Positions 33,801-47,400 of a stretch of 64,000 nucleotides of DNA are shown here, piece by piece. This DNA is from Bugula neritina (lineage: Eukaryota; Animalia; Bryozoa): positions 2,108,001 through 2,172,000 of the forward strand of contig OZ037765.1 of the NCBI GenBank assembly GCA_964035545.1, written 5' to 3'. The position numbers and the translations under genes were made by a program. Each line of letters begins with the position of its first letter. Within the stretch, counting starts at the first letter, position 1. The notes below the pieces were generated by a model, which did not search any database, was not told the DNA's origin, and worked only from the letters and a program-made list of their open reading frames with translations.

Positions 33801-36662
33801 TTAAAAACTGATGAAACAGATTTACCAACACGTTCTGCTATTTTAGATATTGGTAAAACATCATTATATAACAGGAGTGGATAACTTTTGAGATAAACAC
33901 TTTAGTGTTAGTAACTCATGCTATTGCACTTTTTTGTGTATAAAACACAAAGAAAAAGTTTGGGTGTTTACGAAGTTTACGTTATGAAAGTTACTTTAAT
34001 ATCTGTCTCAATGCTGATACCCCGATGTTTCATCCAGTTGCATACATGTTGAATAATTAACAAGTCAACACTATAAGCATGACAATGTTGAAGAAACTCT
34101 ACTAAGTTAACCTACCTGTTTTCCCATACCTTGTACTTGAGTAAACACTTCCCAGTTGTCATATTGAACAATGGGTGGAAAGACGACTCAAACGCATACA
34201 GAGCTCTTTCTGCAGAGGAAACAAAACAGTCATAAAACAAAGCAAGTAGCCATGGTAATAATATAGACAAACACACTAACCAATGAGCAAGCCGTAACAA
34301 TAGTAACAACATGCTAACCAATCAAGAGGCAGTAACCAAAGTGACAACATACTAACCAATGAGCAAGCAGTAACCATGGTAACAACATACTAACCTATAA
34401 GCTCTGCTGCCATTTGAGGGTCTTCAGACATTCGACATACTTCACTTAACTGTAGTAGTGTGTCAATGTGGTATGCATGTAGCTGTAGTACTGCCTAGTA
34501 ACAAACAGTAACCATGGTAACGGAAGTGTCATAGTATATATAACAGTAATGCGTAGCTACAATGTAGAATTTACTACAAACAGTTAGTATACTGTACCAT
34601 AAGATTTTCTGGGGCCATGGAGTCCACCGCATCCCAGAACTTGTTTTGTATTTTTTGATATTCAGATTTGTGTTCAATTTGAAACACCTGGCACTCCCCT
34701 TCCCGGCCAACTAAGTTCATCTCAAAACCTGGCAGTTGTATGAAATAATTAGAAAAATGAAGGGTTCATATTAGAAGAAAAATATAACTACAACCCTTAT
34801 AACCATAGAAGCACTGCCAACTGCACCAGAGAGCTCAAATCGAAACAAGAAAAAACATTATAGTTTTGAAAATAAGCCTTACACATATAGAGGCTTCACT
34901 AAATAATAGTAGGGACGGCAGCTTTTAAGCATCAAGTGGCCAATTAACTCAAATTTGATAACTTAAAAAACGTTATTTTTTTCAATAATCACTCAATTTT
35001 TTAAATTAAAAATAGCAGTAAATATCTTGGAAGCACACAAAAATTACATGTTCACATGCATATGAAAAACCACCTGTTTTAGTGACAGGATGCCAGCCTG
35101 GATCAGGTGTGACAAGGTGCACTGTCTTCTTGTATGTTTTATGGGTTTGTCTTCTCCTGAAAGGGAAATGATAGGCAACTAGCAAATAATTGTGAAGACA
35201 TGAGTTCACATGCGACACATTTTTGCAATAATGAAAACTGTAATGAACAACTTCCAAATCAAAAAAGAACACAACTCAACGTAAATACAAAGACATGACA
35301 AGTTTTTATCTTTTTTACTTCCAAAAATAAAGACAGAACTGTCCAAATATGCAATTCTAGTGTTTAACATTTCATCAGTGTCACATAATGTTAATTAGAA
35401 ATGACATTTGATAAGCTTTTAATAAGACACGTAAGCTAGTGACATCATATGAAAAGGTTTGATGGGAGGAACTCCTATAGAATAGTACCTGGAATTTTCA
35501 CCAACAACTTTCTGGCCAAACTTCTTTTTCATCTCATTCTCAGGGTTGAGGTTCTTGAGTTGAATGCTGAGAGGGTCAAAAGAGTCGCCAGCCCGAGAAA
35601 TGGCAGGCGTAAGGGTGGGTGGGAGAGAGCCCGCACTGGCTAGCAACTCATCTATGTCTTCTTCAACTAATTTCTGTAAAACAAAGTATCTAAAACATCA
35701 AAGAATTATGTAAACATGAGTGCACATTCACTATGCTTTAAACTACAGTTAACACTCACTTCTTACTCACTATGCACTACCATAGCACTGACTAGCTGCA
35801 TTGATATTATTACATAAAAGCAAATGCTTTCCACATGTAGCCCTGAAATTAATTTCTTGAAAGTAAAACTCAAAAGTAAATTATTTCCGTTAAATACATG
35901 ATATTAAATAATAGCTGATAAATAATAAAAGGTGTATTTGTATTGAAGCTAAAATTCTTGTGTAGAATACCTTATTTCGTTTATTTTTCTTCTTATTTTT
36001 CTTTTTCTTAGTTGATTTTGATGCATTAGGCATAATTTCTTGAACAGCTTCGTCATTTCCACTACTCAGTTCCTCATCTTCCTGAATAGAATATGTGCAA
36101 ATTTTGAGCCTTGTAGATAATAACGCTGTGATCAAGCAATATTACTACATTTCCAGTTAGAATAAACCCTTGTCCGAATTACATCGAATTAAAAACTATG
36201 AATGGCAGTTGCTTCCTCTCAAAAAAGACAATTTCAATCTTGCCAATCATTAACGCAACCTGTGTCACTAGCTGATACTTTGAAAACGTAGTAAATGAGC
36301 TACTCTAATAGTTTATACGAGCTTTTCATAAAATAATCCCAGCAAACACTACAAAACACTGTTGACTACTTAAAAACAAAATCCACGTGGCAATTATAAT
36401 GCAATTTCATTATATGCCCTGATATGACAGTAAACTATAAGATTATGTTTCATAAGTAACTCTGAAAACAATGTCTAACCAGAACTAAAGAAAACAGGTT
36501 CTGTTTTTTTGGGGTAGAAATAAATTCTCCATCACTTCTGTCTTCATCTTCTGAACTATTTGCACCTGAATTGGTTTTACGAGCCTTTGTTGACGTTAAA
36601 GACTTTTCAATAATTGACAGATCATCTTTTCCGTGCAGTTTCTTCAATGCACGAGATGACAT
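30815..36662 (-). CDS. TCF25: Transcription factor 25 / ribosome quality control factor (Rqc1 homolog)
   Basis: MSSRALKKLHG N-terminus; spliced exons encode LNPENEMKKKFG, YHIDTLLQLSEV, ERALYAFESSFHPLF, FIDFYSLRSDEY, LPNFAFSVPLAMF, LQESLMMFPG and YDPLPP; last exon 30997-30815. Confidence 0.93.
31505..31644. mobile_element. ~140-bp foldback (palindromic MITE-like) element in a TCF25 intron
   Basis: Nested perfect arms ttctataagcagc/gctgcttatagaa, agttggaggtgactgagtgca/tgcactcagtcacctccaact and tcgagtttcaa/ttgaaactcga. Confidence 0.8.
32633..32776. repeat. 45-bp tandem repeat, ~3 copies, next to a TCF25 donor
   Basis: gacgtacacaccctagctcattgctatatgacagagaggttagca units. Confidence 0.9.
34240..34394. 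repeat. 38-bp tandem repeat, 3-4 copies, starting at a TCF25 donor
   Basis: taaccaatgagcaagcagtaaccatggtaacaacatac units starting at 34277, 34315 and 34353. Confidence 0.85.
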
Positions 36663-39080
36663 AACAACTATAGCTCAGTGCTGATAACAAAAAAAACAAA
36701 ACAAAATTATGTGAAGCCTATAATGGTACAACTACAAATAAAGCAAAGCAATACCAAACAGGAAATAATTAAGCATAAGTATTAGATAAGTTTATATTAA
36801 AATCCCTGTGGCTGTGGCATATCTTACTTATATCAGTATGACTATCCTATGACATTATCATTCCAATTCACTTTAATTTTGATTTTCAAGCTTTAAATTA
36901 AAAATCAATCATCCATATGAAATTTAATCAGAATGGTATTGGTCTCCATAGCTATTGTAATTGTAAACGTCATTGTCAATGTGATTGACTCATACTGATA
37001 ATAGTACGATACTCATACTCATAGTGATAGTGATGGTAAATAGTAATACTCATACTCATACTGAGTCTGATAGTGATAGTCTAAGTCATAGTATAATAAT
37101 AATGATCATCATTCACATTGACATTGTCATTGACTGTCACACTCACTGATTTTTCTAATAAATATCAATACGCCACCATCTTCAAAAAAACAAAACCAAT
37201 ATAAAACAGCATTGTAAATAAAAATAATCAAAATTATACTCACATTAGTTTAAATTGATTATTGGTGAACTTAATCTCAATCTGTTCTTTCCACTTTGTG
37301 AATTACCCTAGTAGTAATACTAATTCTTACACGTGTAGGTAGTTGTGCAATTTTTGACATTACAAATAGAAATTTACCTGCATGTGCTAAGTTTGCACGT
37401 TATAAGGAGTTATCCTTCCTTGCACTTTAGCTATCTAGTGGCAGTAAATAAAAAAATTGATGGATGATTATTTTACAATGTTTATTTTTGCAATTTTTTA
37501 AATCTTTGTTTTAATAATTATTCATAAGCATATTCTTCATATCATTAGGTTACCTTTGCAACCACCGGATGTTTATCGCTAGAAATATTTTCATTCGCAT
37601 TTTCAAAAGAAACTTGCTTGCGATGCTAAATTAGAAATTAAAATTTGAATATAAACAAGTGGGAATTTAACAAGACTGTTGGTGTTCTACTTATTACGCA
37701 TCATGAATTGAATTGAGGTATGTGAAAGCGTTCACTTTCTTATTTATTTTGCCATCTGTTGACCAATAATACCGTTGGCGTTTATGTTGGATTCTGATGG
37801 ACTGATACTGATAGTGATACTTAATTATTAATAGCTATACGGATAGTGATACTCATACGGATACACTTACAGTGATGGTGATACTGATAGTGATACTGAT
37901 TGTCATTAAAGATTAATTACATTTAGTTTTACTTCAGTTTCACTTCTACTTATTAGTCATTAGTCATTAGTGATTACATTTACTGATTAGTCATTATTCA
38001 TAATCATACTCATAGTCATTAGCGATTAGTCAAATTGAAATATTATATAATAATATTGGTAATATTAATTTTAATACTATTAATTCAAATTATAATATCA
38101 TTATTGTATATGTATAATATATTAATATTCTAGTTAGTACTTAGCAATAGTAATAATATTAGTTATAGTAATAGTAATACAGTAACAGTTATTCCCTTTT
38201 ACTTTTAGTAGTACTTAGAGTTACCTAGTCTTATGAATACATTACGCTGAAAGTTTTGTGTTTTATACTTATAGTAATTGTGATGTTAATGTAGCTGTAA
38301 CTGTAAGTAATAATAGGATGTTGAACTTAATATTTGCATTTAAATTTATACAGCTCAATATTCTATGTTCAGTTTTTATTATGATATAGACTACATTTGT
38401 GGTTGTAGTTTATTAGTTTTACTTGATGATAATAAGGATATAATCGTAGTGACAACTGTTTATATCAATTGTAATGGTTAATGCAATTTAGTTAAATAAA
38501 CAAACAACGATCAATTAATTATGATAGAACTAATTAATGCCAAATAATATTTTTTGTCAACATTGTGTTTAATCATATTGCCTGGGTTATTATATTTACT
38601 TCTTTACTTACTGTGAATTGTCATGCAAGTAACTTACAACGGATTGTAGTTGAAAGTTTCAAGTTAACATAGTTGGTTCACCAACTATAGTTATGTCAAG
38701 GATTTCAACAAATGACTGTTAGGAACTTATGATGACAAAATTTCTTATAAAATCATAGCTAATTATTTTTCTTCAAAATTTTAGTTTATCGTTCTGATTC
38801 AGCTGTGTAAATGCACCCATCAGTAATGATAGCTCAAAAATGTTAGCTCAAAAATTGTAGTTTTGAAGATTGTATAATTGTTTAATAATTAATAAGAAAA
38901 ATTTTAATTTTTAAAAAGTCATATTTAGATGCTTAATTATAACAACAGTGTGAAAGGATTCCATTACGTTTCTGAATAGTGATGGTATTCGGTGACTATA
39001 TACATAGATTGTTCTTCTAGTAGGGTAGAATTAGAAGATTGAGTAAAATCAGATACGTTAATCCCTCGTTTTCAGTTAAT

Positions 39081-39341
39081 TCAAACAATTTCAGAGTCTT
39101 TTTTCTTGCAGCATTTTACAATGCACACAATGATAATAACAATCAATAGAATTATCAATAAAGCAATTCCTCCGAAAAAAAGATGGCACCCATATTTGTC
39201 AGGTTCTGGCAATGTAAACGGAAGTGAAATTTTCCCATTGTAACAATCTGTTCCATTTTTCCCAAGTGCTAAATCAAGAAGAGGTGTGTTTGCTGTGTCA
39301 ACAGTTGTAGTGTCTACATCTCCCGTGATGTTTGATGCCAT
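39081..39341 (-). CDS. Small single-pass membrane protein (orphan); start uncertain
   Basis: MASNITGDV...NGT..C..C-LFFGGIALLIILLIVIIIVCIV-KCCKKKDSEIV: Thr-rich ectodomain with N-glycosylation sequons, clean TM helix, positive-inside Cys/Lys tail; non-repetitive DNA. Confidence 0.65.
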   Translation of the reverse strand: MASNITGDVDTTTVDTANTPLLDLALGKNGTDCYNGKISLPFTLPEPDKYGCHLFFGGIALLIILLIVIIIVCIVKCCKKKDSEIV

Positions 39342-40211
39342 TGAGTCTGTTGATGTCACACTGAGAGCATAAAGTAGAAAGTCTGCTGATGATTTGAGTT
39401 AATTCAGATTTCTGCTTATCCGTGTAGTTCGCTGCCAATCCTTATGATTTTGGTGTTAGACTTTGATGGCTGTTTGGGAAATATAGTATTGTAATTTACT
39501 TTTGAATGGTTCCATGTGCTTTTTCTGTATTGAAAAATGTAATTGTCAAATTTTACAAATTTTATGAATTCCAATCAATTTGCAAGGAATTTCAATTATG
39601 AACTTTATTGGTTATAATTATAAATAACAGATTATAAACAATAATTTTTTAGGTATATGTAATGGAATTATCAAATTATTAAAATATTTTGTTTGTGTGT
39701 GTCTATTATATGAAGAATGTAGATATATGAATAAATGAATATTACTATGAGCTTTATTTCAGCATGTGATAAAATCCCTACTATACTATTAGCAATTTTG
39801 AAATTTATCAATATCAACATAACAATATTTATTAAATGTAGGAGAGAATTATTTTATAAATACTTTATTATTCAGCATTACATAAGGCCTTCATTCCTTC
39901 AGCATCTTTGGATTACTTCTTCTATTCTTTATATTAAACACACTAGTTGAATCTCAAGTCATCTTGTGGTATAAAATTGACCTGGTAGTAACATGCATTG
40001 GTTTTGTGCAACAATTAATTATTAAAAATATTTTGAACTACCCATAAAATCAATTAGTACAAGCTATGAGCAAACATACAGACTAGAGTTCAAGTTGACA
40101 AGCCAGAGTGTGTGATGCACATAAACACTGTCACTAGGAATTATTCAAAGATTTGAAAATATCAAATACATCTTTCCTCTACCCTTTCAGAAAAAACAAA
40201 GTCTCAACGTC

Positions 40212-43200
40212 ATGGCGTCCATCTTGAGTGGTCCAATCCCTCAACATCCTATGTTCAATAAAGGTGTGGCTAATCCATCACCTCGAATGGCTCCACGGGT
40301 CAAACCAGAAGGGTCAAGTTTTGCCAGTCATGGGAAAAATGGAACAATTGGAAACTTGTTCGAAATCACAGGAACAAGCTGTTTCGCTTCTACATCAAAC
40401 ACCAAACAACGTAAGCTAAGTATAAGAAATTACAGTTGGCTTTTTAATTAATTTTTAAGGTTCTGTGAAAATTTAAAATTGTCAAAGCTCTTAATTAATA
40501 AAGCAATATATGCGGTAAGCTTTATACTGGTGACAGTAAGGGAATGGTTTGTTGTGACACCTCTCTATATTCTGTGTTGAACCTTTTAAAAAATGATAAT
40601 ATCTTTTTATAAAAGTAGTAAAGTTGTTGTGGTGCGATTTATGCAAAAGTTGTCTTACCTGTGAACCTAGAATTATTTTTATACCCTACACTCTACAGTT
40701 TTCGTTTTTATCTCATACTTATGTAAAGCAGTCTGTCTGTTCATCAGGTGATTTTGTTGTCTTCTGCAAATCAAATCACTTTGTCTGCTCCAAAGAATCT
40801 TCCATCACGAGACCCGAATGTGTACTTTTCAGAAAAAGAGCCCAAGAACCACGTCTCTGAGAACGTGAGACGAATGAGACAAATCCAGAGACGATGTCGT
40901 CAGAAACAGCGAGAGGAAGTAGCCTCAGCACCAGTTCCCGTGAAGGCTCTGTGGAAGAGTGAGAAGTATGAGGCCGTGCCCTCAAAACTTGGCGAATATC
41001 TTAATGTAGGCTATATTTTCTCTCTGGTGCTATCAATATAGAGTCTGATGATATTAGCATACATTAAAATTAATGTGTTGGTAATTTAGAGAAGTATTCT
41101 GTGGGTTTGAGGTTCTGAAGCTAACTTTCTGTGGCAAGAGTGGTTCTTATTTCAGCTTACTTCCTTCAGTTAAGAGATGAAACATGAGTCATGATAAAAT
41201 CTTTGCAATAGGATTGTGTATATTGAAAACTCTTCTTGTATAAATCAGCTGGTTTTTAATGTGTTGAAGTTTAAGAGTTTTTTTTCAAGTATTTCACACT
41301 GTAAGTTTTTGACAGCCATATAAAGCTGCAGGGATTGAGTTGAATTATTTATAGAGTTTCAAAGTTGTGTTTTCCTTCAACTTTCTGTCAACATCAGCTC
41401 TACACTTACAAATAAGTATGACTATTCAACTTGCAGAAAGAGCCAGATGTTGATAGACCTAGATCAGCAAACTTCCTGAGGGCACACTCTAGGACTGGGA
41501 TCCCACCCCGCCCTCAGTCATCACGCACTCCAAGGACACCCATAGCTCCTAGGGCCTCTTCTCCCAAACCTGGTGGTGCACCACCTGTAGAACGCTTAGC
41601 GGGGTTTTCTCCCAGACGGTCCTCTTCTCTCAACGATGTAAGATTCCGCAAATTATTTTTTGTTTCTAAAGTGATTATTGAATTTTTTTGGGTTAATATG
41701 ATGTAAGTCATTCTATGTGGTGCACTTTTATGCCGGGTTTTTTTTGGAGAGCAGAATTTTGCAATAATAACATTACCTTTACTGTACAAACTTGTAAAAC
41801 TATTCTGTTTTGGGTAATTTAATTTACTCAATCATTTTTAATTTCGGCAAATTTCGATGTAGTGCTGGGAAATTCTATTTATAAATTTATAAATTATTGA
41901 ATAATTTTTGATGCAGTCAAACTCACTTATTTGTCTTGCATTGTGGGTTCTGTAGTGATATGTAGGTTGTGGTTTCACAGCCTATCAGTTCTGTTCACTT
42001 TGAGTTTGTTAATTTATTTAAATCAAATCTTATAATTAATTTTACGAGCTATTACATATTTTAAACTTAGTAACAAAGAACATGAGTCTCAATTAATAAC
42101 TTTTTATTTTCTAGTAGGTGAATGATATATATGATTTTATTGCGCTGAAGAGTGATACAGTTTGTCTGTGTGTTGCAGCTGAGTGCATCTGGTACAGCTT
42201 TAGAACTCAAGGCCTCAGCAGCACCTATGAATTTCATAAAGGTGAATGCTCTGGCAGCGTCACGGCAGCAGGTAAAGAGATCCCCTAGTCAGCAGTCTCT
42301 CGAGCAGAGTATGAATATCAAATCAGACAGATACAACGAATACAAGAGGAGTGTCAAAGGTTCTGTTCCTAAATAGTGAGTAGAATAGCATTACCGGCAG
42401 TCTGTTTTTATTAGTACCTGTTTTCTAAGTAATGTTTGGTATTTGTTTTTTCTTTTGGGAATGTTACTCAAATTAATATTGTGATTTTATATCACACAAC
42501 CTCAAAGTATACAGCATTTCTGTTGGTGTTCAGGAAACACGTATTTGATAAGTTACAACTTGTTACTAAACTACCTACAACACACTACTTAAAAATCAGC
42601 ATCAGAAATCTAAAATTCAGACACTTTTATTGTGTTTCTGCAAGTCTGGATTTAAGGCACTGGATTAAAATCAGATTTGACTTGCGTGTAGATACGCTGA
42701 CACCCGACACTTATCACTTTGACCTTAAGTGAAGACTTCTTCAACTCAGGGGCAGGCAATTTCTTCTTTATATAATCATATCAAAATAACTTGTTCATTT
42801 GTCATGGGCTGAACAAACTTTTCAATATTTTCAAAATTCCTAGAACTAGGCAAACTCTAAGCACAGGCTTGTGGATTTTTTTAGAAAACATTATTTGTAT
42901 TTATATGAAAAAAGTCCGCTACCAAGTTTTACCACTACTGCTACTTATGTATGTGTGTTCCTGTGTTTAAACCTACCTGTGTGACAGCACTAAGTTATGT
43001 ATTGAAGACAAGTCTTGTTTATAGTTTAGAGAAAAGGAAGGAAGAATGGAAACAGGAAGAAGAGGAGAGGCGGAGAAACATGCCCGACCCTGATCTACCT
43101 GAGGGCCACAAGCTAATGCCAGCTCAAGAAAAGGAAGAGACGCTGAAGTTGTTACAGCAAAGTGAGTGAACAGATACAATCAGTCCATGTTTAGTTGCTA

Positions 43201-43761
43201 AATTATGGTCTCATAATGCTTTGAAGGTGATGCGAATACACTTGTAAATGAGTTGAATTTTTTTTGTTACTGATTCTTAGTGACGATAATATTCACTGTG
43301 TCATATTTTCCGATACCATTTAGCTTGTGGCAAATAAACTTGAGTTTGTAAGATAACAATTCTGACAGCTAATAATCAGCTGAGTATAGTAATTTATTCT
43401 TTTTTTATTTACAAATTTAATTAATACTTGATCCATTGTAAATAGATAAACTCTCAGTAACTAGTGTAAAAATATATTGGATTATTTATCCGCAGTTACT
43501 AAATAAGAGTATTATTTCATCACTTGAAAGTTCGTTTTTGTCCGATGACAATCGTAGTGATAATGATTCCAGATTTAACTTATAGATGATTTACTTGAAG
43601 GTCACAAACAGCTGACAGAGAAGTTAGCCACTCTACCTATCAGGAGTGACACTATGCGGGTGAGGAATGCCAAGGAGCAACTTGAAACTAAACTCTGTGA
43701 GGTGGAGGAAGCCATCAAAATCTTTTCACGTCCCAAAGTGTTTGTAAAGTTGGATGACTGA
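40212..43761 (+). CDS. ENKD1: Enkurin domain-containing protein 1
   Basis: Exons 40212-40410, 40833-41005, 41437-41637, 42179-42375, 43025-43161, 43601-43761, phase-consistent; ILSGPIP, ENVRRMRQIQ, PVKALWKSEKY, GSVPKYL, PDPDLPEGHKLM and EEAIKIFSRPKVFVK. Confidence 0.92.
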
Positions 43762-44460
43762 CATCAATGTGATTATTGAATATGTGATAGTAGCAGCCAT
43801 TAACTAGAGTTTTTTTTTTATTTAAAATATCGAGTATATTTAAGGTATTAGCTCTACGCAACTACAGCACTAGATGCATCTGGCGTCACAAATATAAAGG
43901 GTTTACTAGGTGCGTTTATTCCCATCCATCTTTGTGTAGACCAAGTTGTGTCATGAGCTAGTCTTGTTTCCTTTTTGTACTGCTTATTTGTGGTGTATCA
44001 CCTTTTTGCTATTCATAAATTCTATGATGTGTTATTTTAGGAGGTGAAAATGATTTAGTGTGCAAAGACAAACCTCATTTGTTTATTAGATGTCTCACTA
44101 GAGATAGCTTTATATTGCAACCACTTGTGAAATTCTTTACACAACTTAGGATTGTGTAAGGTTTTCATCAGTTTGATTATATGTGCTTAAATGATGAAAC
44201 AATGATGTTTATAAAACGTTTTCTTTTTGTATATAGCAAATTAATTATAACAAAATTTCTAGATTGTAAAAATTCACTTCCATTCCAATTCTTAAATAGT
44301 GTTTTATTAGTCATAAATATAAAAAAGTTTTATCATTGACTCAACAGTTTTTACAATATGTTACACTAGTAATCCATTTTAAACAAATCCTATATAACAT
44401 TATACACATAGTTGTATACTATGTACATATTATACATATATAATGTACACAGAGGTAACA

Positions 44461-47400
44461 TCACGATTTGGTGGTGTAATTGTGTTCTATTGATTGATTA
44501 GCACTGACTGCTGCCTGAGTAGCTGTCATGGCAGGTTTAGAAACAGCTGCTGCCAATTGCTGAACGTCAGTGACCGAACTTTGCCTATGAGCAGCAGTGG
44601 GCGAGCCACTGGTTGTCTGCTTCAGCTGTTCGTCTTGACTTGGCTGACGCAACGTTACAATGATAGGAACATTGCTGCCGGAAACCAACAGCTTGCCTGT
44701 AGATGATTGTGACACCACTTTACTAATCAGCTGTTTGGGATCAACAACTTTACTGGATGATGAAGAGGGGCTAGCTGAACGTATGAGCTGTAGCGCAGGT
44801 GATGTAACTTTACTCACGCTGACCGACGACGAAACTATCCGGCTAGGCAGCGCAGTGGCTGGAAGAGCTGCGGAGGAGGGAGCTGATTTGCTGATGGAAA
44901 TAGTAGCAGAGACGGCTTTAATGTTCTGGTTGGGCAGAGGAGTGGCGCCCGGAGTGGATATAATCCTAGGAGCCAGGGGTCTGGCGGTGGACTGGGTAGG
45001 AGATTGAATGACCATCCTTGCCTGCAGTGGACGCAACGTTGACGGTAAAATCTTTACATCGCTTTGAGACGATGACGAAATTAGTGCTGCCCCTTTCAGT
45101 TGAACTCTGGTACCATTGGCTGCTGTGACCACAACTCTGTTACTCGATGGCAAGCTTGTAGTTACTACCAGCTTCTTCTCTGTATTCGGAGGTAAGATTA
45201 CAGTTCTACTAGCTGGCAACACTGACCCCGTGACTATTTGCGAAGACGTCCGACTCGGGTTCAGAGAGTTAGAAGTACTTGACACTGACTGGATGACGAG
45301 TCTGGGTTTAGTCACACTGTTACTAGTTGTTGTGGTGAAGGAAGTAGTTGGAGAGGAATGGAGAGATGTGACCACTTGAGGAATGAGAGGTTCAGATACG
45401 GCCCGCTGTTCTGCAGAGTCTGTGTTGTGGTGAGGAGACAATGAACTGACTGTCAGAGGAATTCCCTCCTCATTACTAACTGCCAGCTGTTGAGAGAGAT
45501 CCCTTCCAGCCTTAGGCACTACAGTAGGCCGGTGACCTTGAGTGTGAATGTCGGGTTTTACGGGAGTTATAGCCTTAGCCGCCTGAGCTTGCAAAGCTTC
45601 ATGGTCCACAGTTTTGTGGAGTAGAAGGCTGAGTAGCCCCGCCCTGTTGGCCATTGCGGCACGTATGGTCCTCTCCCTCTCAAACAGCTCATCTATTTTC
45701 ATCCACTACAACCACATAACACTCGGTATATAACATTGAAAAGTGCACAATAACTTTTAAATCAATAATATAATAATGAAATAATATAATAATGAAATAA
45801 TATAATAATGAAATAATATAATAATGAAATAATATAATAATGAAATAATATAATAATGAAATAATATAATAATGAAATAATATAATAATGAAAAATACTC
45901 AACAGTTCTTTGAAAGCCAATAAACATGAGACAAAAACAATAAAATTAATGGAAAATCTGTTAACTAACATTTTTGTAAAACCAAAATAAATTGAACAAG
46001 CGAATTTTCAAACAACTACCATATTTGTTTAGTTTTTTACTAATAATTTAATCAAACGTAACCAAATAATATCAAGGTAAACACCTGTAAAGAGATATTT
46101 ACCTGTCTAACTTTGTCGGCATCAACCTCAGCTCTCCTCAGCCTTTCCCACCTGAAGTGGTCGACACACTGCTTCTTCGCAGCTTTGCACAGTTCACCTT
46201 TGTCCGTGAAAACATCCTTTACCAAAGGACAGCCGCAGATCTCATCGTCTGCTATCTGCAAATAGCCTGTAGTCTATGAGCGTAATTCATGCAGGTAGTG
46301 TGGGGGTCATCAATACGCCCGCAAAATGTATTATAAATAGCTTCAAATACTAATAGAGGCTCATTAAGCTTTATGATCCATTCCAAACAGAGACTTTTAG
46401 CAGAAGCAAGTTTAAACAACTCAATGCCTTCTAATTCAGAGAGTAAAGAGATAAGCAGGCGAGTTTCACTCACTTTAGGATCTTTGGCGTGTTCGGCACA
46501 AATGACTTTGAGTCTCTTGCAGTAGGATTTGGTAGACGCGTTGTAATGATCGCAAATTGTGTCTCCACCTATCATGGACTTGAATGAACCGGCGAATGAC
46601 ATGTCTCGTTCTATCTATGGAATATAATAACATCATTTCCATATATAATTACAGAAAGCGTCGCATTACACTGTTTTTCTCATGTACAATATTTAAAAAA
46701 TACAGCTGATATATTACATTATAATAATTTCACAACAAACTTTTATCTGATTAAATTAGGAAAATTTTTCATAAAATATAAGAAATTCCCTCTTATAATT
46801 TACAACTCAGTTCTCTTCTTGATATACATGAACTGCATAACCTTGGGATCTGTATAAGTTGTTTTATTGACAACACATAATATAAGAAACATTCCAATAA
46901 GACTATCTGATAAAAAATTGACTTCTTAGTAAAATAAATTTCATCCACTAAACTTAATTATAGCCACCCACTTATAAGCCTCTAAGGCTAACTAGTGGAG
47001 ATACAACTACAGTATTATGATCTAAATGTGTTACTAGCTGATCACAAAGGTAAATATGAACATTGTTTATAGCACAAACCCATCTTAAAATTTGTATTCA
47101 AGTTTATTATACAACTACTTTCTTACTAGTATTAGTAGCCATGTTTAGTAACCCTTAGACAGAGTAATACATGATATTTCTATCTGAACACATCTACAGT
47201 ACTTACTTTAACAAAACACCTCTCCATATGTTTGAACGCATTCCTCTGTCTGATCTCATGGCCACACGTGACGCAGTAAACAAACAGCTCCATATCCTCC
47301 TCCTCTTCATCCGAATTCTCCTGGAACACAGGCTTTGATTATATGTGAATCTCACGCTTAATTATATCAGCTTCGTGGTGTGATGTTAAAAAGTTGAAAA

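Noticed and set aside
42747-42762. hAT-like terminus caggggcaggcaa
   Set aside because: No matching inverted terminus or target-site duplication found.
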